From: Candidatus Eiseniibacteriota bacterium
GTDB lineage: Bacteria > Eisenbacteria > RBG-16-71-46
Direction of reading: 5' to 3'
Assembly (NCBI GenBank): GCA_963717505.1
Contig: OY970342.1
Location: forward strand, 32,001-96,000
DNA: 64,000 bases
Shown here piece after piece: positions 29,423 to 40,437 of this stretch. Under the pieces are notes generated by a model, which had not been told where the DNA came from, ran no database searches, and worked only from the letters and a program-made list of their open reading frames with translations. Each line of letters opens with the position of its first letter. Within the stretch, counting starts at the first letter, position 1. Both the position numbers and the translations under genes were made by a program.

Positions 29423-31144
29423 TCAGCGACGGCTCGCCAGAAATTCGCCGACGACCACGGCATAGACGACGTCGGCGCCGGACTCGAATACCGGCACCAG
29501 CTCGCGCACGCCGGCGAGATCGACGCGCACGCGCGCTGCAGTCGCGGGGTCGAATTCGCCGTAACGAACCACAACGTAGCGAGTGCCGGCCTCGACCAGG
29601 GCTTTGATCGCCTCCGGATCGGGGAAGGTCTGCATCAGGGATCGGAACGCTTCGTGCGCGGGCGTCGAAAACCCGCTGATGCCGTCCACCCGGCGCTTGC
29701 CGTGGTAGAGGATCCAGACCTGGCGCCGCGCGTCGCGCTCGCCTTCCTCGGCTTCGCTCGCCGGCATCGGCAGCTCGAGAATCGCGAAGTCACCGGGTTG
29801 CCGCGCGAGCCATTGATGGGTCTCGGGCATGTCCTCGGCGGTCGGCGGGTCGACGCGCGGGATGGGTGACGACCACGCCAGGAGCACGGCCACGCCCAAG
29901 ACTCCCGCGAACCAGGCCGCGCGCGCCGCACCACCCGCCAGGCGCGATCGAATCGCGTCATACCCCCACGCGGCGAACACCAACACGGCAATCAAGAGGA
30001 GTCCAGCGAAACGACCGGGAGCGCGCATCGCGGTGAATCCTGGAATCACGAAGTAGAGCATCGCGTACGGCAAGGGAATGAAGAACCGCCGGCCCGCCAC
30101 CTGGAGGATCGGCCCGAGCGACAGCACGAACGACACGAGGCCGAGCACGCCCAGCGCCCGCGCGACGGCGGCCGCGGAGACGCCCGGCGCCGAAAGCGTC
30201 GTCGAGCCGCGTCGCACGGACAGAACACCCACGATTGCGAGCAGCAGTGCCACCGCGCCGACGGCGTACGCGAGATCGCCGGTCGGGAGCTTCAGCAGTC
30301 GCGCGACCGCGTTCTCCTCATTGACTCGGAAGTAGTCGAACAGATCCGCCGAGTAGAGCGCCGCCTTGCCGAGCGTGCGCTGGAAGCCTTCGAGCGTCGA
30401 GTGCTGGCGCCAATAGGGCCAGGCCCCCGGCGCCATCACGAGCAGGGCCGCCACGCCAGCGATGAGCAACCGCACCCACGGCAACGGCCTGAGGCCCGGG
30501 GCCCGTTCGCGCCACATCCAGAGCCCGAGAATCCCGAATGCCATGGCGATGTGGAACGCGTAATACCAGCCCAGGTACGACTGGATCGCGAGCACGGCGG
30601 CGCCCCAGGCCAGATCACGCGTGCGGCCGCGCGAGGCGAACTTGAGTCCGAACAGCAACGCCACGGGAATCAGTTGAGTCTGCAGTTGGTTCAGATTCCC
30701 CAGGTTGCTCATGCGATAGGGACTCGCGACGTAGAGGAGCCCGCACGCGAACGCCCCGGCGCGCGACACGCCGAGCCAGCGAACCAGCCGGTAGAACGCC
30801 CAGCCACTGAGCGCGAACGACAGCAAGACGAGACTGTTGTAGGCCGCGACCAGCCCGGCCGTGGCTGCGACCGGGGCCGCGAGCAGCGCCTCGCCCAGAA
30901 GGTGATCCATGTAGGTCAGCGTGAGCGGCTCGGGATGGAAGATCGGCGCGTCGAACACGCCGGGCAGCCCGGTCGCGAGCCGGTGGAGGTCCCAGCCCAG
31001 GATGAAGAACTGGATCTGCGGATCGACCGGGTCGAACACCGCCGGCAGCGACCGGGTGAAGTGGGCGGCGAGCGGCCAGGTGAACGCCAGTCCGGCGAGC
31101 ACGAAACCCGGCAGGACCGCAAAGCTCGCGAGCGAGCGCTTCAC
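29423..31144 (-). CDS. GT-C-type membrane glycosyltransferase (YfhO-like)
   Basis: FTWPL..HF, DAPIFHPE, YSAD, MRAPGRF, ILELP, GISGF; GTG at 31144 overlaps the methyltransferase stop. Confidence 0.75.
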   Translation of the reverse strand: MKRSLASFAVLPGFVLAGLAFTWPLAAHFTRSLPAVFDPVDPQIQFFILGWDLHRLATGLPGVFDAPIFHPEPLTLTYMDHLLGEALLAAPVAATAGLVAAYNSLVLLSFALSGWAFYRLVRWLGVSRAGAFACGLLYVASPYRMSNLGNLNQLQTQLIPVALLFGLKFASRGRTRDLAWGAAVLAIQSYLGWYYAFHIAMAFGILGLWMWRERAPGLRPLPWVRLLIAGVAALLVMAPGAWPYWRQHSTLEGFQRTLGKAALYSADLFDYFRVNEENAVARLLKLPTGDLAYAVGAVALLLAIVGVLSVRRGSTTLSAPGVSAAAVARALGVLGLVSFVLSLGPILQVAGRRFFIPLPYAMLYFVIPGFTAMRAPGRFAGLLLIAVLVFAAWGYDAIRSRLAGGAARAAWFAGVLGVAVLLAWSSPIPRVDPPTAEDMPETHQWLARQPGDFAILELPMPASEAEEGERDARRQVWILYHGKRRVDGISGFSTPAHEAFRSLMQTFPDPEAIKALVEAGTRYVVVRYGEFDPATAARVRVDLAGVRELVPVFESGADVVYAVVVGEFLASRR

Positions 31145-31914
31145 GACGCGGCGTCGCGCACCTTGCGCCCGACTCCCAGGTGCCCGACGACGTCGCGGGG
31201 GTTGAAGAACACGCGATCCAGCAGGTGGAAGAACAGTTGGAGCACGATGTACAGCACCCGCACCGGGATCTCGGTGAGCACACGCGTCGGACCACGGTTG
31301 ATGCTGTTGAGCCCGCCGATCAGGTTCATACCGACACGACTCCACAGTCCGCCGATCGGGATGAACTCGACCGGCTCGAATCCGGCCTGGCGCATGAGGA
31401 GGGCCGCGCCGTAGCGCGTGAACCGAAAGTAGTCATGCGGCTCGTCGTGGAGCGGCACGTTCTGCGTGAACTCGAGCAGCAGCACGCCACCCGGGCGCAG
31501 CACGCGGTTGGCTTCTCGCAGCATCGCGACCGGCTCCTCGAGGTAGGTGAGCATCGACAAGCCGAGCACGGTGTCCATGCTCGCGTCGCGGATCGGCAGG
31601 GCCTCGGCACGCGCCCAGGCGTCGGGCGGCCGGCCGACCACGAAGATCGAGCCGCGCAGGTCGGTGCCCCAGTAGCGATCGACCCGACCCTCGAACAGCG
31701 AGGCGTACGGCCGCGAGCCACAACCGACATCGAGCAGCTGTCCCCGCGCGTGGACCCGCCCTCGTTCGATCGCGCAAATGTTGCGATGAGCGATCAGCCA
31801 ACCGTACTTCCAAAAGTGCCACTTCCCGCGCGGCGCACTGCTGTGACGGTGCCACCATTGGACGACGGACGAGCTGGATGGTCGCGGCGACTGCGGGGTC
31901 GCGTTCAATGGCAC
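31141..31914 (-). CDS. Class I SAM-dependent methyltransferase
   Basis: LLDVGCGSRPY, RVLRPGG, PLHDEPHDYFRFT (type common in polysaccharide loci). Confidence 0.9.
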   Translation of the reverse strand: MPLNATPQSPRPSSSSVVQWWHRHSSAPRGKWHFWKYGWLIAHRNICAIERGRVHARGQLLDVGCGSRPYASLFEGRVDRYWGTDLRGSIFVVGRPPDAWARAEALPIRDASMDTVLGLSMLTYLEEPVAMLREANRVLRPGGVLLLEFTQNVPLHDEPHDYFRFTRYGAALLMRQAGFEPVEFIPIGGLWSRVGMNLIGGLNSINRGPTRVLTEIPVRVLYIVLQLFFHLLDRVFFNPRDVVGHLGVGRKVRDAAS

Positions 31915-33170
31915 TCCAGGAGGTAGTCGCCAACGCCGAGCCGGGCGGTCACCGTTCCGTCGTCGAGCGACAGCTCGGCGGCATCGGCGCTGCGCGTCTC
32001 GAGCACCGAGACGCGGCGGGTCCCGGCGGGTGCGGCAAACCGGATTGGATCACCGGGCACGCCGTAGTGTCGAACCAGAATCTTTCGCTCGCCGACCTCG
32101 CGGACCGACCAGCTGCGCTCGAGCAGTTGACGCACCTCGACGTCGACCAGGAACACGGCGCCATCTGCCACGAACCGCGCCAGCAGATCGCGCAGCTTGG
32201 CCCGGCCGTCGTCGCTCCAGCCGGACTCGAGGTGCACGTAGTTCACTCGATGGGTGCTGATCACCGCAGGCTGGCCCCGATTCCAGCAATCCCGGGCGGC
32301 GCGGTGCGCGGCCTCGACGCCGACGCGACCGGCGGAGAGCCCGGGCGAACGCGGCTCGAACGCGATGCGCGGCGGCATGTGGAGACAGCGGTCATACGTC
32401 CCCGGCCAGGCTCGACGGAGCCACCAGCGCCGCAGATGGCGGAACCTCGCCCCATGTTGTTCCGCCTTGCCCTGGAGGATCTTGACGCCGCGGCGCACGG
32501 CGTCGTGTTCGATGGCGTCGTCCCACCGGTAGTCGGGGGGACAGAACGACCACGGCGGCCGCCCGACGAGACGCGTGAACAGCTCGATCGCCCGGGCCAG
32601 CCGAGATAGCCGGGCCGGCTTCGGCTCCGCGGGATCGTACTCGCCGCCCGACTCGACCGCCGCGCACACGAACGACTGCTGTTCGAAAGCGCGCCGCGCA
32701 TCGTCGGTGTTGCGGCGCAACGCCGTCATCCACGCCTGTTCCGGGAGGTGGTGCAGGCCGTGCAGCTCGGGCCACCACAGTCCCTCCTCGCGGAGCTTCT
32801 GGACCTCGTCCCACGCGCCGGGACGGCGCCAGCGTGACGGCGTGTTCGGGTAGGCGATCAGCGGCACTTCGGCCTCTTCGAACAGCGGCGGGCGAATGCG
32901 CTCGAAGTCGGGAGCCGCCATCACCATGTTCGCCTGCCACACGGGCGCGAACCCGTCCGCGCCGCGAAACTCGCGCAGGCTGGCGCCCAGGGCCCGCAGG
33001 TCGGCCGCGGATTCGAGCGTCGAGCCGCTGTAGCGGAGCCCGGCCGGGCTGCGAAACGCCGGCGTGCCCGCCAGCACACGGTGGGCCTGCGAATCCGCCG
33101 ACCAGGCGCACAGACCCCAATCGTCGCTCTCGAGCACCACGACCTTGAGTCGGCGCCAATCGAGGTTCAC
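31905..33170 (-). CDS. Polysaccharide deacetylase-like (NodB-fold) protein
   Basis: ESDDWG, ELHGLHH, SFCPPDY, ISTHRVNY. Confidence 0.65.
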   Translation of the reverse strand: MNLDWRRLKVVVLESDDWGLCAWSADSQAHRVLAGTPAFRSPAGLRYSGSTLESAADLRALGASLREFRGADGFAPVWQANMVMAAPDFERIRPPLFEEAEVPLIAYPNTPSRWRRPGAWDEVQKLREEGLWWPELHGLHHLPEQAWMTALRRNTDDARRAFEQQSFVCAAVESGGEYDPAEPKPARLSRLARAIELFTRLVGRPPWSFCPPDYRWDDAIEHDAVRRGVKILQGKAEQHGARFRHLRRWWLRRAWPGTYDRCLHMPPRIAFEPRSPGLSAGRVGVEAAHRAARDCWNRGQPAVISTHRVNYVHLESGWSDDGRAKLRDLLARFVADGAVFLVDVEVRQLLERSWSVREVGERKILVRHYGVPGDPIRFAAPAGTRRVSVLETRSADAAELSLDDGTVTARLGVGDYLLECH

Positions 33171-33260
33171 GCGGAGCCCCCACTAAAAAGGACGCGGGAC
33201 TATAGCACGCACACTCCGCAGTCGCGGGCAAAGCGCAAGTTCGTGATAGCTTCGCGCCCC

Positions 33261-34843
33261 GTGAATCCCGGGCCCGTCACGTCGAGCACTCCTGCGCGCG
33301 ATTCGCTGCGCACTCCGTGGTTCCTGGGTGCGCTCGTGCTCGCGCTGATGTGGTGGACCCTCGACCTCGCGATCCTCCGTGCCGGGGTCCCCCATCCTGC
33401 CGACGACCATTGGGAGGATCATCTGATCGCCGAACGGCTGATCGCCGGCGACGGATTTCGCACCACGATGATCTACCCGCCGCTCTGGGGCCTGCGGGAT
33501 GCGCACGACACCATCCCGGTGCTGGTGCACGGACCGCTGCTCGCGGTGTTGACTGCGCCGGCGCTCGCGGCGTTCGGACGCGACGCGCTCGAATCGGTGG
33601 CGGTTCCGGCGGCGCTGCTGGCGCTCGCGGCACTGATCCCGATCTACCGCATCGCAGCGCGGCACTTCGGCGCTCCGGTGGGTGCCGCAGCGGCCGGCCT
33701 GTTCACGCTCTCGCCGCTGACACTCGAGGCCGTGCACCACAGCGGCTCGGTGATCGTCGGCGCCGCTTTGCTGACCTGGGCGATCGACCTGGTCGCGCGC
33801 CCCGCGCCGCGCGGGCTCGCGGCCGGGCTGGTCGCCGGCCTCGCATCCCTGGTGCGCCCGGAAGCACTGTTGGCGCTCCCGGTGCTCGGTGCGCTGGGGT
33901 GGCAAACCCGGCGGACGAATCTCCAAACGATCGTCGCGCTGGCCGCCGGGTTCGCCGCCTGCGCCCTGCCGTGGTGGATCTACCGAACCGGCGCTGTCGG
34001 CTCGCCGTTCTTCAACCTGACGTCCTACACCCTGGTCGGCTTCTGGGGTGCACGGCCCGACGTCAGCGTCATGCAGGACTTCACCCTCACGCCCGAACGC
34101 TGGCCCTCGGTGCTCCGCGCCGAGCTTCCGGGAATAGCCGGCAAGTGGATCTCGTTTGCGCCGCGCGCCCTCAAGCACGTGTTGTTCACGCCGAGCGGTG
34201 CCACCGGCTGGCTGGCGATCGTCGGGCTTGCGGCTGCGGCGTCGGGACAGACGCGCGTCGTCGACGATCGCTCCGGAACCGAGCTGTCCGTGACCTCCGC
34301 GCGTCGGCTGGCCTGGTGCAGCGCATTGCTCGTCCTGGTCCCGGTAGCCGCCATGACGCTCACGTTTCACCAGCCGCTCTATCTCGTGCCCTTCGCACCG
34401 CTCCTCGCGATCGGGGCCGCGGCCGGAGCGGCGTCGCTCGCGAACGCGATGCCGACGTGGGCGCGACGCCCGCGCGCATGGATCGGCCTGACCTTGCTCC
34501 TGCTTCTGCCCTCGGCACTGCCCGCACTGCGTGGCGCCGCGAGCGAAGCGCGTGTGCTCGAGCGGCGGCTGGCGAGCGAACGGCAGACCCTGGCTCGCGA
34601 CTTCCCGCGCGACGAGCCAGGCCCGCGCGTGATCTTTTCCGACTCGCCGGACTTCGTCGCCTGGGTGACGGGGCGGCCCACGCTATGGACGACCGAGCAG
34701 GCGTTCGCGAAGCTCTATGCGCCGAACGGCACCGCGGCCGATCTCGGCTTGCCGCCACCGCCGAGGTGTCCGGCTACTTCCACGACGATTTCCGCAATCC
34801 CGCCGCCGTCGGACGCCGGGTCGTGCCCGGAACTGGCCGCTAG
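33261..34843 (+). CDS. ArnT/PMT-like GT-C glycosyltransferase (frameshift near 34758)
   Basis: DD in first loop, HGPL, VRPE, PWW.R; a natural-looking C-terminus (AEVSGYFHDDF...TGR*) lies in the shifted frame. Confidence 0.7.
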
Positions 34844-35056
34844 TGGCCGCACGCCGCGGGTTCACCGGAGCGCTCGACGCCATCGAGGCGATCGGCAACG
34901 GCGGTCAACCTGCTCGACCGCGACGGCATTCGCCGCATCGTCACCGAAGCGGTCCGGAACTTCACCGGATTCGCGCCGCTCGGCATCGTGCTGGTCGCGA
35001 TGCTCGGCATTGGCGTCGCCGAGGCCACGGGGCTGATCGGGGTGGCGATGCGCTAG
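34843..35056 (+). pseudogene. abgT: abgT (AbgT-family transporter) relic
   Basis: LDAIEAIGN joined out of frame to VNLLDRDGIRRIVTEAVRNFTGFAPLGIVLVAMLGIGVAEATGLI, then TAG; these are AbgT N-terminal signatures. Confidence 0.8.
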
Positions 35057-35155
35057 GCTTGCCGGGCGAGCACGGGAACACTAGCCTTGCGCGGTCGGCT
35101 CTCGGTTTGAAGACCCTGGGGCTCGGGATTCGGGCTCATCGATCAAGGAGACCTC

Positions 35156-35894
35156 ATGATGTCGTGGTCCACTGTGCGCTCGCTCGCTCACCGGTGTCCG
35201 ATTCGATCGCGTCCGTGCGTCGCCCTTCTTGCGCTCGCGCTCCTTTTCGCCGCGGCCGGGTGCACCACCATCGAGCCCAAGGAGCGGGTCCGCGCCGGCA
35301 GCTCGGGATCCTCGTTGCCGCCGCTCGGCGTCGTGACCTTCGTCGATCAGCGAGCTGACCTCGCCGGCTGGAAGGCCGTGGACGCCGCCCTCCAAGCGCA
35401 AGCCGGCCACGTGCGCAGCCGGGTCTACCTGGCGGTCGACGACAGCGTCGACCACCCGCTGGTCCACATCACGACCTGGGAGAATGCCGGCGCGCTCGCC
35501 GCCGCCCTGCTCGAAGAGAGCGCGGTGTGGTCTGCGGTCGAGTCCAAAGGCTCCTCGGCGATCTACGGCCTCAGCTCCGACGTCGGCAACATCCGGGACT
35601 CGCTCATGAGTTCGGTCATGATCATCGTTCCGTTCGACACACCGGCGGATTCCGCGTGCGGCCGTGAACGGTTATCACCTGGTGGACGAGTTCTTCCGGC
35701 CGCAGCCGGGTTTCGTCGGCTCGGTGCTGCTCCGGCGGATCGGCGGCGACGGCGGCTACGGCCACGTGATCCTCAGCCGATGGGCCTCGCGTCAGGAAGC
35801 GGACGCGATCATGCGAGGTGAAGTGTTCCGCACGTTGGGCGGCGCCAGCGGGATCGAGGCGAAACTCGCGTTCTACATCGTCGAGGGGGAATGA
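35156..35894 (+). CDS. Lipoprotein with two ABM-like domains (frameshift near 35658)
   Basis: Lipobox AAGC; AQAGHVRSRV...ITTWEN and PQPGFVGSVLLR...LSRWAS repeats; the second frame ends ATGA-coupled to the next gene. Confidence 0.6.
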
Positions 35895-36874
35895 CCGCAT
35901 CGGAGCACCACGTCGGAATCGCTTCGGGACCAGTCGCGCACGGGCCCCTGCGGTTCGCGTTCCGTGGTCACGGTGGCGAGTTCTTCGCGGACTGGATCCG
36001 CAACATGCTCCTCTGCGTGCTCACCCTCGGGCTCTACTACCCGTGGGCGCGTGCCCGTATTCTCGGCTACCTGATCGGAAACCTCGAAGCCGACGGCGAC
36101 CGCCTGAGCTATCACGGCAGCGGTTCCGAGTTGTTCGTCGGCTTGCTCAAGATCATCGCGGTCATGGTCGTCTCCTATGTCGTCCTGATCTTCCTGGCGC
36201 CGGTCCTGCCGGTGGCGCTCTTCCTGATCCTGGTCGTCGCGATCTACGTCGGGACGTTTCTCCTCTCGGGGCTGGCCCTGCTCGGCGCCTTCCGCTACCG
36301 GCTGACGCGAACCTCGTGGCGCGGAGTGCGATTCGCGGTGCGCCGTGAGACCGGCGCGTTCCTGCGCGAGTTCATGCTCTACGGCACCCTGGTGGTGGTG
36401 ACGCTCGGCCTCGCGCTGCCGTTCTTTCTCAACTGGCGTCGGCGAGCATTGACTCACCGCGCCGGGCTTGGCACCGGGCGATTCGGGTTCGACGGCGACG
36501 CGCGATCGCTCATCGGACCCTACCTGCTCGCGATGTTCCTGACCCTTCCGACGCTGGGTCTGGCGTGGGTCTGGTACGACCTGGTACAGAAGCGCCACAT
36601 GTGGAATCACACGACCTTCGAGCGGGCGCGTTTCCGGCTCTCGATCGAGACCTCGGCCTGGTTCTCCTTTGCGGTGCTCAACAGCCTGCTGGTGGTGCTG
36701 ACGTTGGGACTGGGTTGGCCGCTGGCGGCCACGCGCTACCTGTCGTTTCTCACCGACCACCTGACGCTCGAAGGCCCACTGGACCTGGCGGCGATTCGCT
36801 CGGCGCCGGCCGACGCCTCGGCCACCGGCGAGAGCCTGGCCGACGTGTTCGACATCGATGTCGAGCTCGGCTGA
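35891..36874 (+). CDS. YjgN/DUF898 membrane protein
   Basis: F.G.GGEFF..WI.N.LL..LTLGLYYPWA motif repeated internally. Confidence 0.9.
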   Translation: MTASEHHVGIASGPVAHGPLRFAFRGHGGEFFADWIRNMLLCVLTLGLYYPWARARILGYLIGNLEADGDRLSYHGSGSELFVGLLKIIAVMVVSYVVLIFLAPVLPVALFLILVVAIYVGTFLLSGLALLGAFRYRLTRTSWRGVRFAVRRETGAFLREFMLYGTLVVVTLGLALPFFLNWRRRALTHRAGLGTGRFGFDGDARSLIGPYLLAMFLTLPTLGLAWVWYDLVQKRHMWNHTTFERARFRLSIETSAWFSFAVLNSLLVVLTLGLGWPLAATRYLSFLTDHLTLEGPLDLAAIRSAPADASATGESLADVFDIDVELG

Positions 36875-38024
36875 CCTGTCGCACGGGTCCGCGTCGTTTC
36901 AGGGACGCTGGTTCGACGGACAGTCACCGGTCGGTCGCGACGCCCGCGTCGAGATCACGCCCTCGGGCTTGAGCATTCGCTCGGACGCCGCGGACACCCT
37001 GTGGCCTTGGATTGAAGTGAAGCAGACCCGCGGCGCGATCCGCGGAGAGCCGGTGCAGTTCGAGCGCCGTGGGGCGGCAGAGACCATCGTAGTGCAGGAT
37101 CCGGCGATCCTCGAAGCCGTGCGCGGGATCGTTCCCGAGATCTCGCGCCATTTTCGTCGACCCACACGGCACACTACGGCGTGGCGCATCGCACTCGGCG
37201 TGGTCGCGTTGGTCGCCTCCGCGTACGTCGTCTACGCCTGGATCATCCCGCAGGCAGCGGAGCAGCTCGCGCAGTCTGTTCCGGTCAAGTGGGAGGAGCA
37301 GTTTGGCGCTGCCGTGATGGAGTCGGCCCTGCTCGGCAAGCGGGCGGTCGACGAGGACGCGATCGTCGCCCCGCTGGATCTGTTGATGCAGCGCCTCGAG
37401 CGCGCGAATCCCGACAGCCGCTATACCTATCACCTCACCGTGACCGACGAATCCGAGGTCAACGCGTTCGCCGGCCCGGGCGGCTATCTGGTCTTCAATC
37501 GGGGGATGCTCGAGTTCACGAACTCCCCGGACGAGCTGGCGGCGGTGCTCGCCCACGAGATGCAGCACGTCGAGCGCCGCCATGTGACCCGCGGGCATCT
37601 TCAGAGCGCCTGGCGCTCTCCGCGGTGTTGGCGGTGGCGCTCGGCGGCGCCGACTCGTTCGCCGGGCAGGCGGCGCGAACCCTGGGGGAACTGTCCTACA
37701 GCCGCAACGACGAGACCGAGGCGGATCGCGAAGGGCTGCGCATGCTGGAGGTCGCGGGTGGCGACGGCCGGGCGATGGCCGCACTGCTCGAGCGGATGGA
37801 CGCGTCCGGGCGCACCGATCCCGTTGGCGTCGTTCCTGTCGACGCACCCGGGTGGCGCACGACGCGCGCAGGCGATTCGTGCGGCGGCGACCGGACCGAA
37901 GGCGGGCGCCGAGCCCCTGCTGACTCCGGCAGAATGGAGCACGATGAAGGCTGCCGTCAGTGCGCGGTCTTCCGCTTCTCCCGCCCGCGACGAAACGCCA
38001 CAAACGCCATCCACGCCGCCGTAA
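36858..38024 (+). CDS. M48 zinc metallopeptidase (compensating frameshifts about 37590-37810)
   Basis: NAFAGPGG, LAHEMQHV, YSRNDETEAD (alternative frame), FLSTHP; usual partner of YjgN. Confidence 0.88.
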   Translation: MSSSADLSHGSASFQGRWFDGQSPVGRDARVEITPSGLSIRSDAADTLWPWIEVKQTRGAIRGEPVQFERRGAAETIVVQDPAILEAVRGIVPEISRHFRRPTRHTTAWRIALGVVALVASAYVVYAWIIPQAAEQLAQSVPVKWEEQFGAAVMESALLGKRAVDEDAIVAPLDLLMQRLERANPDSRYTYHLTVTDESEVNAFAGPGGYLVFNRGMLEFTNSPDELAAVLAHEMQHVERRHVTRGHLQSAWRSPRCWRWRSAAPTRSPGRRREPWGNCPTAATTRPRRIAKGCACWRSRVATAGRWPHCSSGWTRPGAPIPLASFLSTHPGGARRAQAIRAAATGPKAGAEPLLTPAEWSTMKAAVSARSSASPARDETPQTPSTPP

Positions 38025-38331
38025 GGAAGAGCCCGAGCGTCTCGCGCGATTCTTCGATCTGCGGCGATTCGGCCTTCATCGACTCGGCCAGCTGCGACCA
38101 GGCGATTCCGCCCTGGATGTGCGTCAACACCCACACACCCCAAACGCCCGCGATCACCGCGATCAAGGAGGGGGCGATGCGTCCGGCGCTGGCGCGCGCC
38201 GCGCTCATGCCGCTGACCACCGCGGCGCCGGCATAGATCAGCGCCCAGGGCCACGGGTCGGGATCGTTGTACTGGAGCAACGCGCTGATCGCGAATACGA
38301 TCGCCATCAGAATGTCGAGTGCTCGAATCAT
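37957..38331 (-). CDS. TMEM220-family membrane protein
   Basis: LQYNDPDPWPW..IY and IEESRETLGL; GGAGG RBS. Confidence 0.85.
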   Translation of the reverse strand: MIRALDILMAIVFAISALLQYNDPDPWPWALIYAGAAVVSGMSAARASAGRIAPSLIAVIAGVWGVWVLTHIQGGIAWSQLAESMKAESPQIEESRETLGLFLTAAWMAFVAFRRGREKRKTAH

Positions 38332-38432
38332 GGGACCTCCGTGACGCAACTATTCCCGACTGCTACCCGGGGACATACGCATGATCATCGGCTGAAGTCG
38401 ATCCCGTCGTGAGCGGCCGAAGATCAGGCGCC

Positions 38433-39161
38433 CTAACGCTTCTGTTGTGCCTGAACGCCACGGATTTCGGCGAGCATGCCAGTTGGCGCACCACCGGCAC
38501 TTCCGGGATTGTTGATTGCCTGCACGGTCGTCTCGACATATGGCCCGCTCTCGATGACTGTCCTGAGGCGGTTGGCGATGATCAGGCAGTCCCTCGCGTG
38601 TTTCCCCCTTCGTTTCGTCACTTCACCAACGATCATACGTAGCCGGGCGCGCGCGTGACGGTTAGGGTCCGACAACCGCGCTAGAGCGATGCCGGTGATC
38701 GGCACACGCTGGGTCCTACCTTCCACGAACGTCACGGTGAGCAAGCTCTCACGGAGCGCGAACGCCTGAGTCGTATCGATGAGATCGCTCGGCGCCTCCC
38801 GTCGAACCTCATCGAGCGACTTGCCGGCGTGAATCTTCGACACGATCTGGGAGAATGTTTGGCCCCAGGGGTCTTCGTGGCTCCGGTACGTCGTCGACCC
38901 GGGGCCGCAGACGATCATGTATCCGACGAACCGATCCATGGTGTCGGCTGCTGCCAGCCACGGACCCTTGCCGTTGAGATACAAGGTGTCGTTCGCGATC
39001 GTGGCCTTGACCTTCCCGGTCAGGCGATGCCCGCACCAGTAGAGGTGCACGCCCTTGGGGACCTTGAACGTCTGGATCGTCTCAGCGGACGCGCCGATGC
39101 CCCCGAGTACAGGCACCAGAACGATCACAATCAAGACGCGCCGTCCGAGCTGCATGAACAT
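38433..39161 (-). CDS. Secreted hypothetical protein
   Basis: Signal peptide ending ASA; no recognisable domain; atypical codon usage. Confidence 0.55.
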   Translation of the reverse strand: MFMQLGRRVLIVIVLVPVLGGIGASAETIQTFKVPKGVHLYWCGHRLTGKVKATIANDTLYLNGKGPWLAAADTMDRFVGYMIVCGPGSTTYRSHEDPWGQTFSQIVSKIHAGKSLDEVRREAPSDLIDTTQAFALRESLLTVTFVEGRTQRVPITGIALARLSDPNRHARARLRMIVGEVTKRRGKHARDCLIIANRLRTVIESGPYVETTVQAINNPGSAGGAPTGMLAEIRGVQAQQKR

Positions 39162-39171
39162 CAGGATACGC

Positions 39172-40433
<1,262 letters not shown>

Positions 40434-40437
<4 letters not shown>

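Noticed and set aside
27516-29465. Long Arg/Pro/Ala-rich alternative-frame and antisense ORFs here and throughout
   Set aside because: Shadow ORFs expected from stop-codon scarcity in high-GC DNA; no motifs.
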